From contig NC_058376.1 of assembly GCF_018350175.1 (NCBI RefSeq), positions 60,512,001 through 60,576,000 on the forward strand: a stretch of DNA of 64,000 bases, in the 5' to 3' direction. This DNA comes from Felis catus (taxonomy: Eukaryota). This document shows, piece by piece, positions 1 to 12,979 of the stretch (the first letter of the stretch is position 1; each line of letters starts with the position of its first letter). The notes under the pieces are model-generated. The model saw only the letters and a program-made list of their open reading frames with translations. It ran no database searches and was not told where the DNA came from. A program made the translations under genes and the position numbers.

Positions 1-1394
1 TTATTTATTTTTTGAAAAATGAAAGAGAGGAAGAGAGAGTGCGAGCCAGTGAGCCGGGTGAAAAGAATAGATTGGAATCTGGTAATATTTAACGCACATG
101 CTTGACCAATCCCTGTGCTGGTCTAGACAGGGGTGAGTCAGTGGAGGTTTTCTTTGATCATCTTCTAGATTAGTGTGAGCAGTGAGTGAATGAGCAAGAG
201 CCGTGTGACAACAGGGGCTGACAGGCTGTGAGGTTGGAGGCAGGAAGGACACACTCGATAAGTTTCGGCGCTGCTCATCAGCCTGTGTGTCAGCACGCTC
301 TTGCTGACGGGGAACAGCAGGGAGGAAAGCCATACTGGGAAGTCACTGCTGGTGTGGGACAAGTTACAGGATGCTTCTGGAGGAGGGAAATGTGTGTCAT
401 CAACTCCTCAGGTCTGGCCCACTTGCTTTATTTCCTCCTGCCCGCCACCCCCCCCCCCAAAGGGTTGGGAATGGAAGCGTAATAGCTTCGATAACCTTTG
501 TTATTTTATCATTATTATTTTTTAAACTGAATTCAGCACCACAGGAGGTCACAGAGTCAATGGTCACAGCTGGCTTTTAAAAAGGGGTTGAGTCATGTTG
601 TGATTGGTAAACAGAGACTCAGCCTGAGATGAGGGCAATCAAATTTCCTGCTTCAAGGCATGGGTTGATCACCACAGGGGTCAGAAAGAAGTGTTTTTCT
701 CATGCAAGTCCTGGCATGAATATCTAGGTGAATGCATAAAAAAAAAAAAAAAGAAAAGAAAAAAAAAGCTAACTTCTCCCTTTGAAGAGGGAGCAGGGCT
801 GAAAAGCCCATCCTTATTTCAATAGACCAATGAGTGTTCTGATTCCATCTAGCTCTGCTCAAATGGCAGTTGTGATTATAGTGTTACAGATGCATTTCCC
901 ATCTAAGCAGGGCAAGATGTCACTGTCTGCTTGGGCGCAGATTTACCAAGGGACGTGCACAGGTGTGCTCAGATGGGGAAAAATACCTCAGGGCAGGTTT
1001 GGAGGGGGTGGTGAACATATGGTAGTTGGAATAGAAACTGCTGAGGTTTTTTTTGTTTGTTTTTTTTGAAGAAGACTCCTAAGAAACCCATAGTGATCTA
1101 TGGATGCAGTTACATGTCAGGTCAAACAAGATGTTCTCAGGATAGATACAAGGGTGTTTTGAATCTCTCATAATAACACAGATATGTAACTTGAGTTTCT
1201 CAGCCTGCCAGACAGGGGGCAAAAATAAGGTTATAATAAACAGCTTTTGTTCTTTTGGCTCTGCCCTCACTAGGTGGAGCCTCCAATCCTTCAAATTCGT
1301 GAATAGTTCTTAGAGGCACTGGTGGCAAGGATGTCCCTCTTCTACTGTTGTGACTCAATGCTACTGGAGTTAGATGGCATGGGTTTGAATCCCA

Positions 1395-2760
1395 CATTCA
1401 TTCATTCAAAGTACATTTAGAAAGAGTGCCCACTATGAACCCAACACCATTCTAGATGCTAAGGAAAAGGTGGTCCAAGCTCCCTTTGTAATTGAGGTTC
1501 TAGTGAAGGGAGACAAATATAATAAATAAGCAACAAAATATATAATATTCCAGAGAGGGATAAATGCTATGGATAAAAATACATTGGCATGGGGGGGTAG
1601 GGAGAACAGGTGGTGAAGGTAATGGTGGTTCGATGTTAGATCAATTAGGCAGTGAAGGGCTCACTTTTTTTTTTTTAATTGAAGTATAATTGACATACAA
1701 TATCCTATTAGTTTCAGGTGTACATCACAGTGATTCAATATTTTTATACATTATGAAATGATCCCCACGATAAGTCTAGTTACCATCTGTCACCATACAA
1801 AGTTATTACAATATTATTGACTATATTCCCTATGCTGTACATTCTATCCCTGCAACTTACTTGTAACTGGAAGTGTGTACCTGGTAATCCCCTTCAGTTA
1901 TTTTGCCAGGCCCCCAACTCCCTCTTACTCTGGTAACCAACAGTTTGTTTCCTGTATCTGTGAGTCTGTTTTCTGTTTGGTTAGTTCATTTGTTTTGCTT
2001 TTTAGATTCCACATACAAATGAGATCATACGGTATTTGTGTTTTTCCATCTGACTTATTTCACTTAGCATAAAACCCTCTAGGGTTGTCCATCCATGTTA
2101 TTGCAAATAAAAAGCTCACCTCTGGGGTGATTCTTTTGTAGACACTGAAAGGGACAAGCTCTTTGGGGGAAGGAATCAAAGAAGAAAGAGCAGTAGGCAC
2201 AAAGCCAAGGGAGCAGGAGTATGTTTTGTGTGTCCCAGGAACAGCAAGGAGGTCAGTTGACTACCTAAGTCCAGATATCAAAGGAGAGGTCTAGGCTGGA
2301 CCTGTCACCTGAGGAATGATTGTAGCTGGAGGAGGGAAAAGATCTGAAACCCTAGGAGATTGTAACATCTCAATGTTGAGGGAGACCAGGAGGAATAAGC
2401 ACAGGATACCGAGGTGGTCAACTGGTGAGGGAGGGTTGTCCCAGAATGGAAGGGGAAAAAAAGCATCTTAAGGAAGGTGTGGACACCTGCATCAAACACT
2501 ACTGGCGGTTCATGTTAGAATGAGAATTTACCACTGCACTCAGCAATGAGAAGTCACTGCTGCCCTTGACAAGAGCTGTTTCCGCAGAATGGAGGGAACA
2601 AGAGCCTACTTGGGATGTGTTCAAGAAAAGACAGAAGAGAAGAATGGGAGGGAGGGTGTAAAGACAACCATTTTAAGGAGTTTGATTATAAATGGGAACA
2701 GAAATGGAGTAGCAGTTTGATTTAGATGTGGAGTTAGAGGAAGTTGTTTGTGTTTTTGAT
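1395..2760 (-). mobile_element. L2 fragments
   Basis: cattcattcattca 3' end and purine-rich L2 body either side of the L1. Confidence 0.6.
1665..2110 (-). mobile_element. L1 3' end fragment interrupting an L2
   Basis: poly-T then attgaagtataattgacatacaat..ttttagattccacatacaaatgagatcatacggtatttg..tgacttatttcacttagcat. Confidence 0.82.
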
Positions 2761-3811
2761 CAGAGAAATAACATCCTGTTTGTATATGGATTCCAAGAGA
2801 AGGAAACTGGTACTAAAGCAGTGTCCTTGGGTAGGCATGAGGGGGTGGGCTCTAGTGAAAAGCGGAGGGATTAGCTTTAGATAGCAGGTGGACAGTTCAC
2901 CCAGAACAATGAGAGGCCAGGGAAACACATGGGCAGAAATGTAGAAAGATGGGCAGGCTTGACTGTAGAAACTTCACTTTCTCAGTGAAGTTATGAGCTG
3001 TGAGCTCTTTAGGGGGAAGAAGTATTGGAGATTTCAAGAGAGAGGAGGTGAAAGAGTCCCAGGAAGGCGAGTGGACATGGAAGGTAGGCTGCCAGGCACC
3101 GCAGGGCCCACTTGAGGTTTGTGGTAACAACTAAAGGGAGATCAGTCAGCATGGTTGTTTCCTTCAGTTGCACTTGGCTGCCCCCATGCAGACATGGGGT
3201 AAGGGGAGAGTTGAATAGCTTCGGGTTTTGCCAGCTGAGCACGCTGAAGGGAAATCGGTTGAGGCAGTTGAAGGTATACACAGGGAGTAACACCATCATG
3301 GTCCATGGAAGTTGGGTAAGGAGGGCAGAAGATAGTGAAGGGGTGAGAGACAATTATAGGATACCAGGAACCTTGGCTTGTAGGTCCTGGTGTGGTCCAA
3401 GAATTTTTGGGGCTGGGGCATTAGAAAAGGTGAGCTGGAAAGTCCAAGAGGGAGATGCTGAAACAGAGTACAGCTGCAGTTGTGGTTAGTGATGATGTCT
3501 AGGCAGGAGCATGGACATGGGGGGCTAGCTGAGGTAGGTAGAAGAAAATCAGCTTCCTGTTGTAGTTTACATGGCGGTGCTCCCTGAAGCCCAACTCTGT
3601 GTTTAAAGCACCAGGAACTGTGATAGAAGTGGCTTTGGAAAGAGTCCAACTAAACTAGAATCTTCAAAGAATAAGTGGGAGGGACACAGAGGTCAGGGAT
3701 AAGGAGGGAGAGGGACAGTGAAGAGGAAGTCTAGCTCACCCTCCGGCTTGAGAGAAGCTTGAGAGAAATGGAAGTGAAGACAACTCCATCTGGGGGGGTA
3801 GACAGTCCTCC

Positions 3812-3975
3812 ATTTGTTAGCCATGTGACCCTGGGGGCGTTATTTAACCTCCTTGTGCCTTTGTTTTTGCAAATGTAGAATGGAGATAATAATTGTACCC
3901 TCATAGGATTGTTCTGAGGATCCAATGGGAATGTATGAGGTGTGCTTAGCACAGACCCTGGCCCAACATGGGTTT
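3812..3975 (+). mobile_element. MIR
   Basis: tgtgaccctggg..ttatttaacctc..gtgcct..aatggagataataat..cctcataggattgttctgaggat. Confidence 0.72.
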
Positions 3976-5604
3976 GTTTCTTTGTTTTCAATTGAAGCAG
4001 TTCTGTCAGCTTCAATCCGGGTCACTGGAGCTCCTGTTTTTCTGAAGGGACAAGAATGAGTCCTTGCCAGGTGCTGGGTGCTTCTCAGGAAGGGTGAGGT
4101 GCAGGGCTGAGACCAGGAGGAGATGCTGGCTTATCCACGAGAGGCACAGTTCAGAGAGGAGGGTGAGGCTAGAAGTCCTGCCGCCAAGACGGAGCAATTA
4201 AATATGTAGAAGGCGGAGAGGCTTGACAGAAGAAATGGAAGTAAAACATGTTTCTAATCAGAGCCACGATGAGGGCTGCCTGGAGGCTCTATTGGTAATT
4301 GATGTGCCTCTGACAATAATTAGAAACAATTTCTGGGGACTTACAGGATAGAGTCACCTAGTGATATTATTTACCATGGAGAGTAGTGTCTGGAGTGAAA
4401 ATGGATGTTATTGTTTCCTCAGAACACATTAGAAGGTGACTTCATGGTGAATAGATTTTTCAAGATATTTGACATTCACTGACTTTCTATTTAACTCCTC
4501 TTAGTCACAGAGGCCATTACTGTAATGACAATACCTGGATTTATCTCTTTTAATGGCAGAAGACATGTGGGAGATAAATCCTCCCAGTGTTGGGTCCCCG
4601 ACTCCCTGAGCTGCTGAGACACCTGAGGCATTCTGGGAATGCAGCAGCCCAGAGCACAGCTTCAGTCCAAGGGTGACTCACCCACAGAGGCCGAGGGGCA
4701 GGATTAGCACAAACCACATTGCCTTTTTCTAATGTGAGCTTTATTTTATGCTACTTGGGATTACGTGTGATAATGTATGTAAAGTGCCAGAGCTTGGCAC
4801 ATAGCAAGCACTCAGAAAGTGTTGGCTCATTAATTATTATTTTCTTGGGTTCTTCTGATAAGACTTTGAGACCGTGCGTATTTGGCATACTCCAAGCCCT
4901 GGGGATGGTGGTAGAGCTGAGAGAGAATCAGTGGCATTATAGGGCTGTGGAACTAGTGGGTTATATTCCTCTTGGGACAGCCATGGTTCAGTGGCTGGAG
5001 TTTTTCCTTGAGTTGACTTTTTTAAGCCTGTAGGCAAGATGCCAAATGGCAGTCCAGCAAGGGTACTACATAGGGGTTGGAAATAAAAACTTTACAGATC
5101 AGACAACATGCAATTGCCTTCTGCCCCCTCTGTGCTGGCGGACCAGGGAGCACTGATGTGGTGTCCATGGAATGGGGCATCTAAAACTGTAACCTAGCCT
5201 CCAGGCTAGAGGGGCAAATGGAGACCTGACAGCTTACCTCACACTCCTGCCAGTTCATCAGGATGGGAAACAACAATAAAGGCTTGTTGAGGTCTAAGCC
5301 CTACAGATGGTTCTCAAAAGGAATATTATTGGCATTTGGGGTTGGGGTGGGGGAACAGTTCTTCACTGGGTGGGACTGTACCAGCAATGCAGGATATATG
5401 GTACCTGAGGCCTCTGTCTCAGTAACGTCAGTAGAGCTTACCTCACAGGTGCTGCAAGAACCAAAAGGTTTCTTAACCTCCCCAGGTTGGGAACCACAGT
5501 ATGAGGAACGACAAGCCTGGGTTATCCTCCCTGCAAATATGCCTGCACACCTGCTAGCTGGTGGCCACCTGACCTCAGCTCCGTCACTCCCTCATCCTGG
5601 TTCT

Positions 5605-5852
5605 TTTTTTTTTTTTTTTTTTTTTTTATGTTTATTTATTTTTGAGAGAGAGAGAATATGAGTGCATGAAAGGGGAAGGGGCAGAGAGAGGGGGAGACAC
5701 ACAATCTGAAGCAGGCTCCAGGCTCCAAGCTGTTAGCACAGAGCCTGATGCGGGGCTCGAACTCACGAACCATGTGATCATGACCTGAGACAAAGTCAGA
5801 TGTTTAACCAACTAAGCCATCCAGGCACACCCCGCCCACCCTCCCCCCCCTG
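5605..5852 (-). mobile_element. Can-SINE (SINEC_Fc-like)
   Basis: tRNA-derived head, (GA)n and poly-T; TSD ccctcatcctggttct at 5589 and 5853. Confidence 0.92.
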
Positions 5853-6184
5853 CCCTCATCCTGGTTCTTAAGTGTATAAGGCTGGCAGAGTGAGTTCTCA
5901 GAGTTGAAAAGTATTTAAAGATTATAGATCCTGACTGGCCCCTCCTTGGAGATGTGGCCTTTCCTGAGGGGGCTGTATTAGTCACACTACCCCAGTCATG
6001 CTTGAGTATGACCGGCAGAGGGTGATTGAACCTAAGGCCAATGGAGCTTCAGATTCAGAACCTCTTCCAAGGCTTGTGTATGAACGAAACTTGATAAGAT
6101 TCCCAAATTTGAAACATCCTAGAATTTTAGATGACATTACCAGTAACTCCTCACTTGAGAAGCTTGGCGGTGGAATGATATTAA

Positions 6185-6390
6185 GAATAGCTGCAGATTA
6201 TTATGTCTGTGTGTGCCAGGCACTCTGCACCAGGTGCTTTCAACGGTTCTGTGCATTCCTTTTTCATTACCCCTATTTTATAATTGAGGAAATTCAGGCA
6301 CAGAGAGGTGCTTAAGATCACACAGCCAACAGGGTTAAGAATCAGGATTCAAACCCCCACATTTCTGACTCCAAAGTCCCATGTGTTCTG
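6185..6390 (-). mobile_element. MIR
   Basis: tgtgccaggcact..cctattttataattgaggaaattcaggcacagagagg..aggattcaaaccc. Confidence 0.72.
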
Positions 6391-9300
6391 CATTTGGCTA
6401 CACGGCCTTTCAGGCAGGGGGAATAGCTAATACCAGGAAGTGTGTGTCTAGTAAAGGGGTTTGTATTTATCTGAAGAGTGGGTGTCCAGCTTAGGCTGGC
6501 AGCAAGGGGTCCCTGCAGAGGTGGGCTTTGGGCGGGCACGGCGGTGAGTGGGAGCAGTTTAAGAGGAGAAGGGGTGGGGGTGGAACACTCCGGAGGGAAC
6601 TTGAAGAGTCGGACCAGGCCAAGTTCAATCCAGAAGTTACTATTCATGAAACAACAGTGGCATTGCCCTTCTCTCACTGATCAGAGGCCATGGAGCCCTC
6701 GGACTTGCCAGTTCTGGAGCAGACAGGCAAGGCTGGGCCGACAGGCAGGAGAGTCAGCAGAGAGCATTTCTCTGTTGGCAGAGATTTGGTATTTGAAGTA
6801 CAGGTTGGGTAAGTATAGGCATTAAGAATGTACGTTTTCAGAAAAGAGTAAATAAAGGCACACGCACAAGACAGACACACCCCAGTATGCACTCACATGG
6901 GGCAAGAGCAGTGCCCCACAGAGAGGAGAATTCCAGAGAGGCCAGAAGGAGACACATTATCTTACCCACAGCAAGCGAGGGGATCTCTCCAACGGTTTCT
7001 TAGTGAGGAAGAGTTTGAAATGTACATGAGAAACCCCTCTTATCTCACTCGTTCAGTGTTGTATATAATTATGCTTAACTAAGCTATGTGTGATTCTCAT
7101 TATATAATGTAGCTTCATTATCAACATTCCCCTCTTCGCCATCATAAAGTAAAGAATTAAAGATTCACTGGGTAATCTGACAATTAGCAAAATGGAAAAT
7201 GCACAAGCTCTGTGAGCCGCTTGTTGGAACGTATCTGACAGAACTACTAGCATGGGTACATAAAGAAATATGAACAAAGATATTTATTACAGGACCAGTT
7301 GAATAAATTATGGGTCAGTAGACAGTGGATTACTATGTAATCATTAGAAAAGGCTTGAATAGATTTATATTAAGTGAAAAAAAAAAGCAATGTGTAGGAT
7401 AATCTTATTGTGTAATGTGCAAACACAGTCTTTTTATTATTTTAAAATTGCTGTGTGTTATGTATATATCTACACATGTTTGTGTGAACAATGCAGAAAA
7501 AACTCTGGAAGGACTGTGGATACCTTTGAGAGCTGAAGTTAGAAATAAGAAGGAATTTTCAGTTTTTAATTTACACCATTCCCCAGAAGGTAGAATTAGT
7601 GGGTTTGTGGGTGAGTTTTGTTTCCTTTTTGCACTTTTGCAATATTTTTCCAAATTTCCCATAAAGAACCTGTGCTGCTTTGATGGTCGAGCTTCATTTC
7701 TGCCTGGGAAGCAGCATGGTGTATGTAGTAGCCCCACTGTATGCAGAAGCTGAAGCAAAGCATATGGTTGTGCAGTCAGCACACCTGAGTTCACATTCCC
7801 TCTACTGCTGTGCAATGGATGATGGCTGTGAAGAGATGACTTCACCTCTCCGTGTCACAGTTTGTATCCCATGAGATTGTTGGGAGGGTTCAGTGAGACC
7901 CTTTGTACAGAGGGTGGGGTCAGGATTTAGGAATGGTTGAGTATGGACTTCCTTGCAGGAAAGATCAAGCTCCAGTGCACAGGTAGACTGGTTGATGTTG
8001 AGCCAAGGGCTATGTTTTGCTGTCTCCATCTGAGATCGGAGGGACAGGACCCAACTGGAGGCGAAACAGGCCAGTGAAGAGATGAGAGTAGTGTCAGGAC
8101 CCTGCTTGGGGTGCTTTTCCTCTCTCAGTAGAGCCACAGGGAAAAGGTCCAGAATAACCGTTCAGTTTGAGTCCTTGCCCACCTTACATGTGGTCTAGTG
8201 AGGTTTTTCCTTCCTCCTACAGACCTCACTTCTGCCTGATTTTCTGGGACTGAAGTCTGAAGGTTTTAGTAGGGGACCTACCCTTACCCTCCTCCACTGG
8301 GAGGCAGGGAGAAAGGGAACCTACCCTTTCTGCCAAGTTCTACAATGCCCTTAGCCAATCTGGTCAGTTGCACCTGTTACCCAATCTTCCCTCAGCTTTC
8401 TTCATTTTGAAGCTTGAACAAACCATCAGTCACCGGGAGCTGGGTTCTGCCTATGGTGGAAATTGGTTTCTCAGAATTTACTGTTGGCCTCTAAAATCAT
8501 GAACACTGAAAATAACTTGTGGCCCCATTTGTGGTTCCTTTTCAGATAAATCATAAGCCAGACAAATCTTGTGTGAAAGTCACAGTGGCCAATGTAGATA
8601 TCAGCATATTTAGGCTCTCTTATTTGACTGATTTGACTGTTTAATGAAACAGGCCTCCAAATAACTGAAAATGGTCACCTGAAGGCCGTGTAAGGACAAC
8701 TACACACTGAAAAACACCCGAGCGTGTGGAAGCTCCGTGTCTGAAAGCACCCCTCCCTCTTGGTAGGTGAGAACACAGCTATGTCACTTTGCCTCTTGAG
8801 ATCTCTTACAGTTCTGAGAATACAGGGGAAGGCACAGATGGCCAAGATGTCTCACAGTCTGGCCCTAGTCATTATTGCCAGCCTCACCTCCTACCAACTT
8901 CCCTTCCTGCACTTTGCCCCCTGCCTCCTAAACCATCTTGAGAGACTTGCTCCTCTCTGACACCTAAGACATGTGTCTCTCTCCAAGCCAGCTCACGCTT
9001 TCCCATCCATAGTGGTTTGTGTTGCTTCTCTGATTGGCTAATTCCAATGCATTCTGAGCGACCCCATTCAGCTATAATCTGCTCTAAATGTCTTTCTAGA
9101 GTCTTCTACCTTGGTGTTTCCTAAGACTTTGTTCATACTTCACTGGTCTTACTGTTTTTTAATTTTGGTAATATTTTGTTTACTTAGTTACTATTTGCTT
9201 TTATGATCTATACTTATACTTATTTATCTTATGGTGTGTTATATACTTAATCAGTAGCTCTCAAACCTCAGGGGGCAACAGTATTTACAAGTGGCAGTAG

Positions 9301-10580
9301 CAACAACAACAATTTATTGAACACCAATAACATGCAGGCCTGGGATTGGTAAAATAGTGGACTACGCAATAGACTGGGTCGTAGAATGTATTTTATGTTA
9401 TTGTGTTCCTTCTTCCAGAAGGGACCTCTGATTCCAGAGCTTTACTGTGGAGCCTGGGAATCCGCAGGTACTAATTACAACCCTGGATGATTCTGATATA
9501 AGTTGTTGGAGACACACTCTCTAGGTAACAGTGTAGTAAACTTACAGTTTATATGAATGTAATGAATATCATTTACAATATTGCTGTAGAATAAATTTGA
9601 ATCCAAGTGCCTTGAGCCTGGTGTGTGAGAACTAGCCACTTAGTTAGTGAGCAAAGCTAATTAACCATCTAGGACCCTCATCTCAACGATAGAGTGTTGT
9701 GTTTCTCTTCCAGTCTTGGAGTAAATGGTGTAACATTTCCTAAACAAGTATACTAGTGAACCTAATTCTGCAATACATGGGAAAATGTACTAGGTGCTAT
9801 AATTGCAGAATAAAGAAAGTGCTATTGGGTAACAGAAGAGGGAGAAATTAATTTTGACTGGGATAATTAATTTATAGCTAGCAGTTGAATGAAATGCCAA
9901 AAGCAAACAAACACACACAGGTGTTCAGGATTGTTTTTCTGACACCATTTGCTATTCATTTGTGTGTTGCTTGCTATGAGCAGGAACATGGGTATAACTG
10001 GAGATCTGTGAATGCCAATCTTCAAGACAAGGAGCTGCCAAGGAGGGCTTTGATATGGCCAAAGAATTTTATTTTGCATTTCAGAAATCTCATTACAATT
10101 ATGCCTTAGTAGACAATAGTGAGATATATTCAATTCCAAGCCCACAAAAATCATAACATGGAGGAAAGGCTCTGTAGAGGTTACACAATAACTTACCTTT
10201 ATGGAATTTTTACATCTCCCAGAGGAAGCATGAAATTATGCAATTTTTATACGATTAATCAATTCCAGAATAGTCTGTTTGTCCAAGTAGCGGACTTTTG
10301 GTTTCTCTCTCCCTGTAGTAGTGCTTTGTTGGTTGGTTGAGGATTTCGTCGGAGAACTGGGGAAAGATCCTGGAATTTAGCAAGAAACACCATATTAACA
10401 TCAGACATGTATGTATTCATCAACAACTTCTAAAACTATTTGTTGAGCACTTACTACGTGCCAAGCATAATGTTAAGCACTATAAGTCAATACCCCACAA
10501 AACAGGCCCTGACTTCACCCTCATGTAGACACAATCTAGTGGGAGTTACAGAAAAGTGAAGGGATATGGATTTACATTTG

Positions 10581-10640
10581 AAGTGATTGGTTAAAGTAGT
10601 TTGGTTAAAGTAAAGTGATTGGTTAAAGTAGTGATTGGTT
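10581..10640. repeat. Short tandem repeat of agtgattggttaaagt (about 4 imperfect units)
   Basis: Seen directly. Confidence 0.85.
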
Positions 10641-12744
10641 ACAGACATTTTTCATGGCCCGAGAAGTAGGGGTAGGTAACAAGCAGTTCTTTGGGAGAGT
10701 CCATAAGCTGGCTCATAGGACAAATAAGAAGTACAGAGTCCGTAAGTAGGGCCACCAAAAAAAGGCAATTAGAAGCAGCAATTTAAGGACTGGCCTCTGG
10801 GTGATCATTCCTGGGAATGGTCCGTTAGTGTGATGCCCTTAAAGACTGGCCATGGGTTTGCTGTGTGGCATATTGTCTTAAGGGTGCTGCTCAGGGACTA
10901 ATGCTCACAGAAGAGAAACCCCCTGGGCCTGGAACAAGGTCAAGTAGACTGAACAAGCCTGTGCCTGGTGCCCCAGACACTTACAGTGCACTCGTTGAGC
11001 TTTGTATTGGTGGACTGAGCTTCATACAACAGAAACCACTCTAGTGAACTTAAGTAGAAATATTACCAGATACTGCTATTACCAGATATTGGCTCAAAGA
11101 GCTAGCTCTAGGATTCTCCTCAGAGAACACTTCCAGGCTTCAAAGTCATACAAACCTCAGCTATAATCCAAGCAGTTGCATTTCTGCTTCGGGAGGCCAC
11201 TGAATTAAGAGGCTGCTGACTCAGATTGCCTCTGCCTCAGTCCATACCAGCAAATGGATAGGTGCTTTCTGTCTTCCTCTTTTCAAGTTTATTCGGTAAA
11301 ACTGGAGTTTTTCTGGAATTCTAGCTGCAAGGGAGCCTGGGAAATGTAGTTTTTGGCTTTCTGGACTCTTCAGCATAGGAAGGCACCCTAGAAGGAGGTT
11401 AGAATAAATTTGGAGTAAGCTAATTACAGTATCTGCTATAGGTATGCATCTCTCCCTGGTCTAATCAGGTACAAGTGGGAGATTCAAATACAACATATCC
11501 AACTTCCACCATTTTAATTAATAGGATGAAGGTTTTAGGGATAGAATATTGGATCTCCTGGCCCTGCAGGGTCAGGGATTTGGGTACTTTTTCAAAGGTT
11601 GTAGGAGCTGGAGAAGGACAGCCATGAAACTGACAACCAGGATGTGATGGAAAGGGCCAGGCACAGCCAACAGAGAATACTCTGGAATGCAGTGGGAGAT
11701 GAGAGAGGAGTAATGGAGGTGCATAATTCAGAGGGGTAGCTGAGCCTCAAAGGCCAGAGAAAGCAGTTGAGATTTCAAGAGCAGACACTCAGGAATGGTT
11801 CACTTTGTTATTCTGATTAATTGTTGGAGAAGTCATGATGTTGACCTATTACTGAGTTAATTAGGAGGGCATATGCATACCACCCAGTGTCTTCCCAACA
11901 CTCCGGTCACTCAGTGGTTGATCTTAGTCTCAAGATTTCCTGAGAGACACAGATCACTCAATCTGATTACCTCACTGAGCAGCTTTCCTTCTGGGATAGG
12001 CTTTGTCTTCCCCAGTGGGACTGGGTCATGAGATTCACCTACAGGCTCAGTCTGACCCAGATCCTGAGCCAACTGTGACAGAGGCAGGAGGTGAGAGAAT
12101 TCCAGCCTCATCATTCAGGAGGATTCAAAGAGAAAACTAGATGCCAACAGACCTGGTATGTGGACCACTATGGGTTCATTCCCTTTATTCATTCACTTAA
12201 CATTGAGCCCCTGTTATGCACCAGACACATGCACACTCTGCAGGGTGATCTAATGCAAGCAAGATGAGTCAGACACCATTAGGTGGAGAAGTGATGGAAC
12301 AGCATATCATGCAAGAGAAAATAGGATGTGCATAAGCCTTGTGGCTGCAGTGGAAGTAATGAAAGTCAGCGTGGCTGGAGAGATGGGCAGGGGCTGGACA
12401 GTGAAGGCTTTATTGACTCCATTAGAGACTTGTGCTTTCTCCTAAGAGTATAGGGAAGCCATTGAAAAAGGTGTTAGGTGGGAAGATGGACATTAGATCA
12501 CACTTTATCATCAGTCCCATGCTTGCTTTCTTGAAGGATTGATAAGATGGGGAGAGGCTAAAGTAGGTACAGGGAGATCAGGTAGGAAGCTCTGCAGTAG
12601 TAGTGAAGGTAAGAGATGATAATCACACAGAGGGGGGTAGTGCTAAGGAGGAAGAAATTTAGAGGAGGAAGAAGACAATATAAGAAATGAACAGTTTTGT
12701 TCTTTTCTCTCTAGTCACTTCAAACACTATTTTCATTTTTATTT

Positions 12745-12979
12745 TTTTATAAAAATTTTTAAAATGTTTTATTTATTTATTTTTTTTTTCGAGAGAGAAA
12801 GACAGAGCGTGAGTCAGGGAGGGACAGAGAGAGAGAGAGGAAGACACAGAACTTGAAGCAGGCTCCAGGTTCTGAGCTGCCAGCACGGAGCCCAACAGTG
12901 GGGCTTGAGTTCACAAACCGTGAGATTATGACCTGAGCCAAAGTCGGATGCCTAGCCAACTGAGCCACCCAGGAGACCC
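12745..12979 (-). mobile_element. Can-SINE (SINEC_Fc-like)
   Basis: Typical SINEC body; TSD ctattttcattttta. Confidence 0.9.

Noticed and set aside
10581-10640. Short direct repeats resembling an array
   Set aside because: No unique spacers and a mammalian context, so not CRISPR
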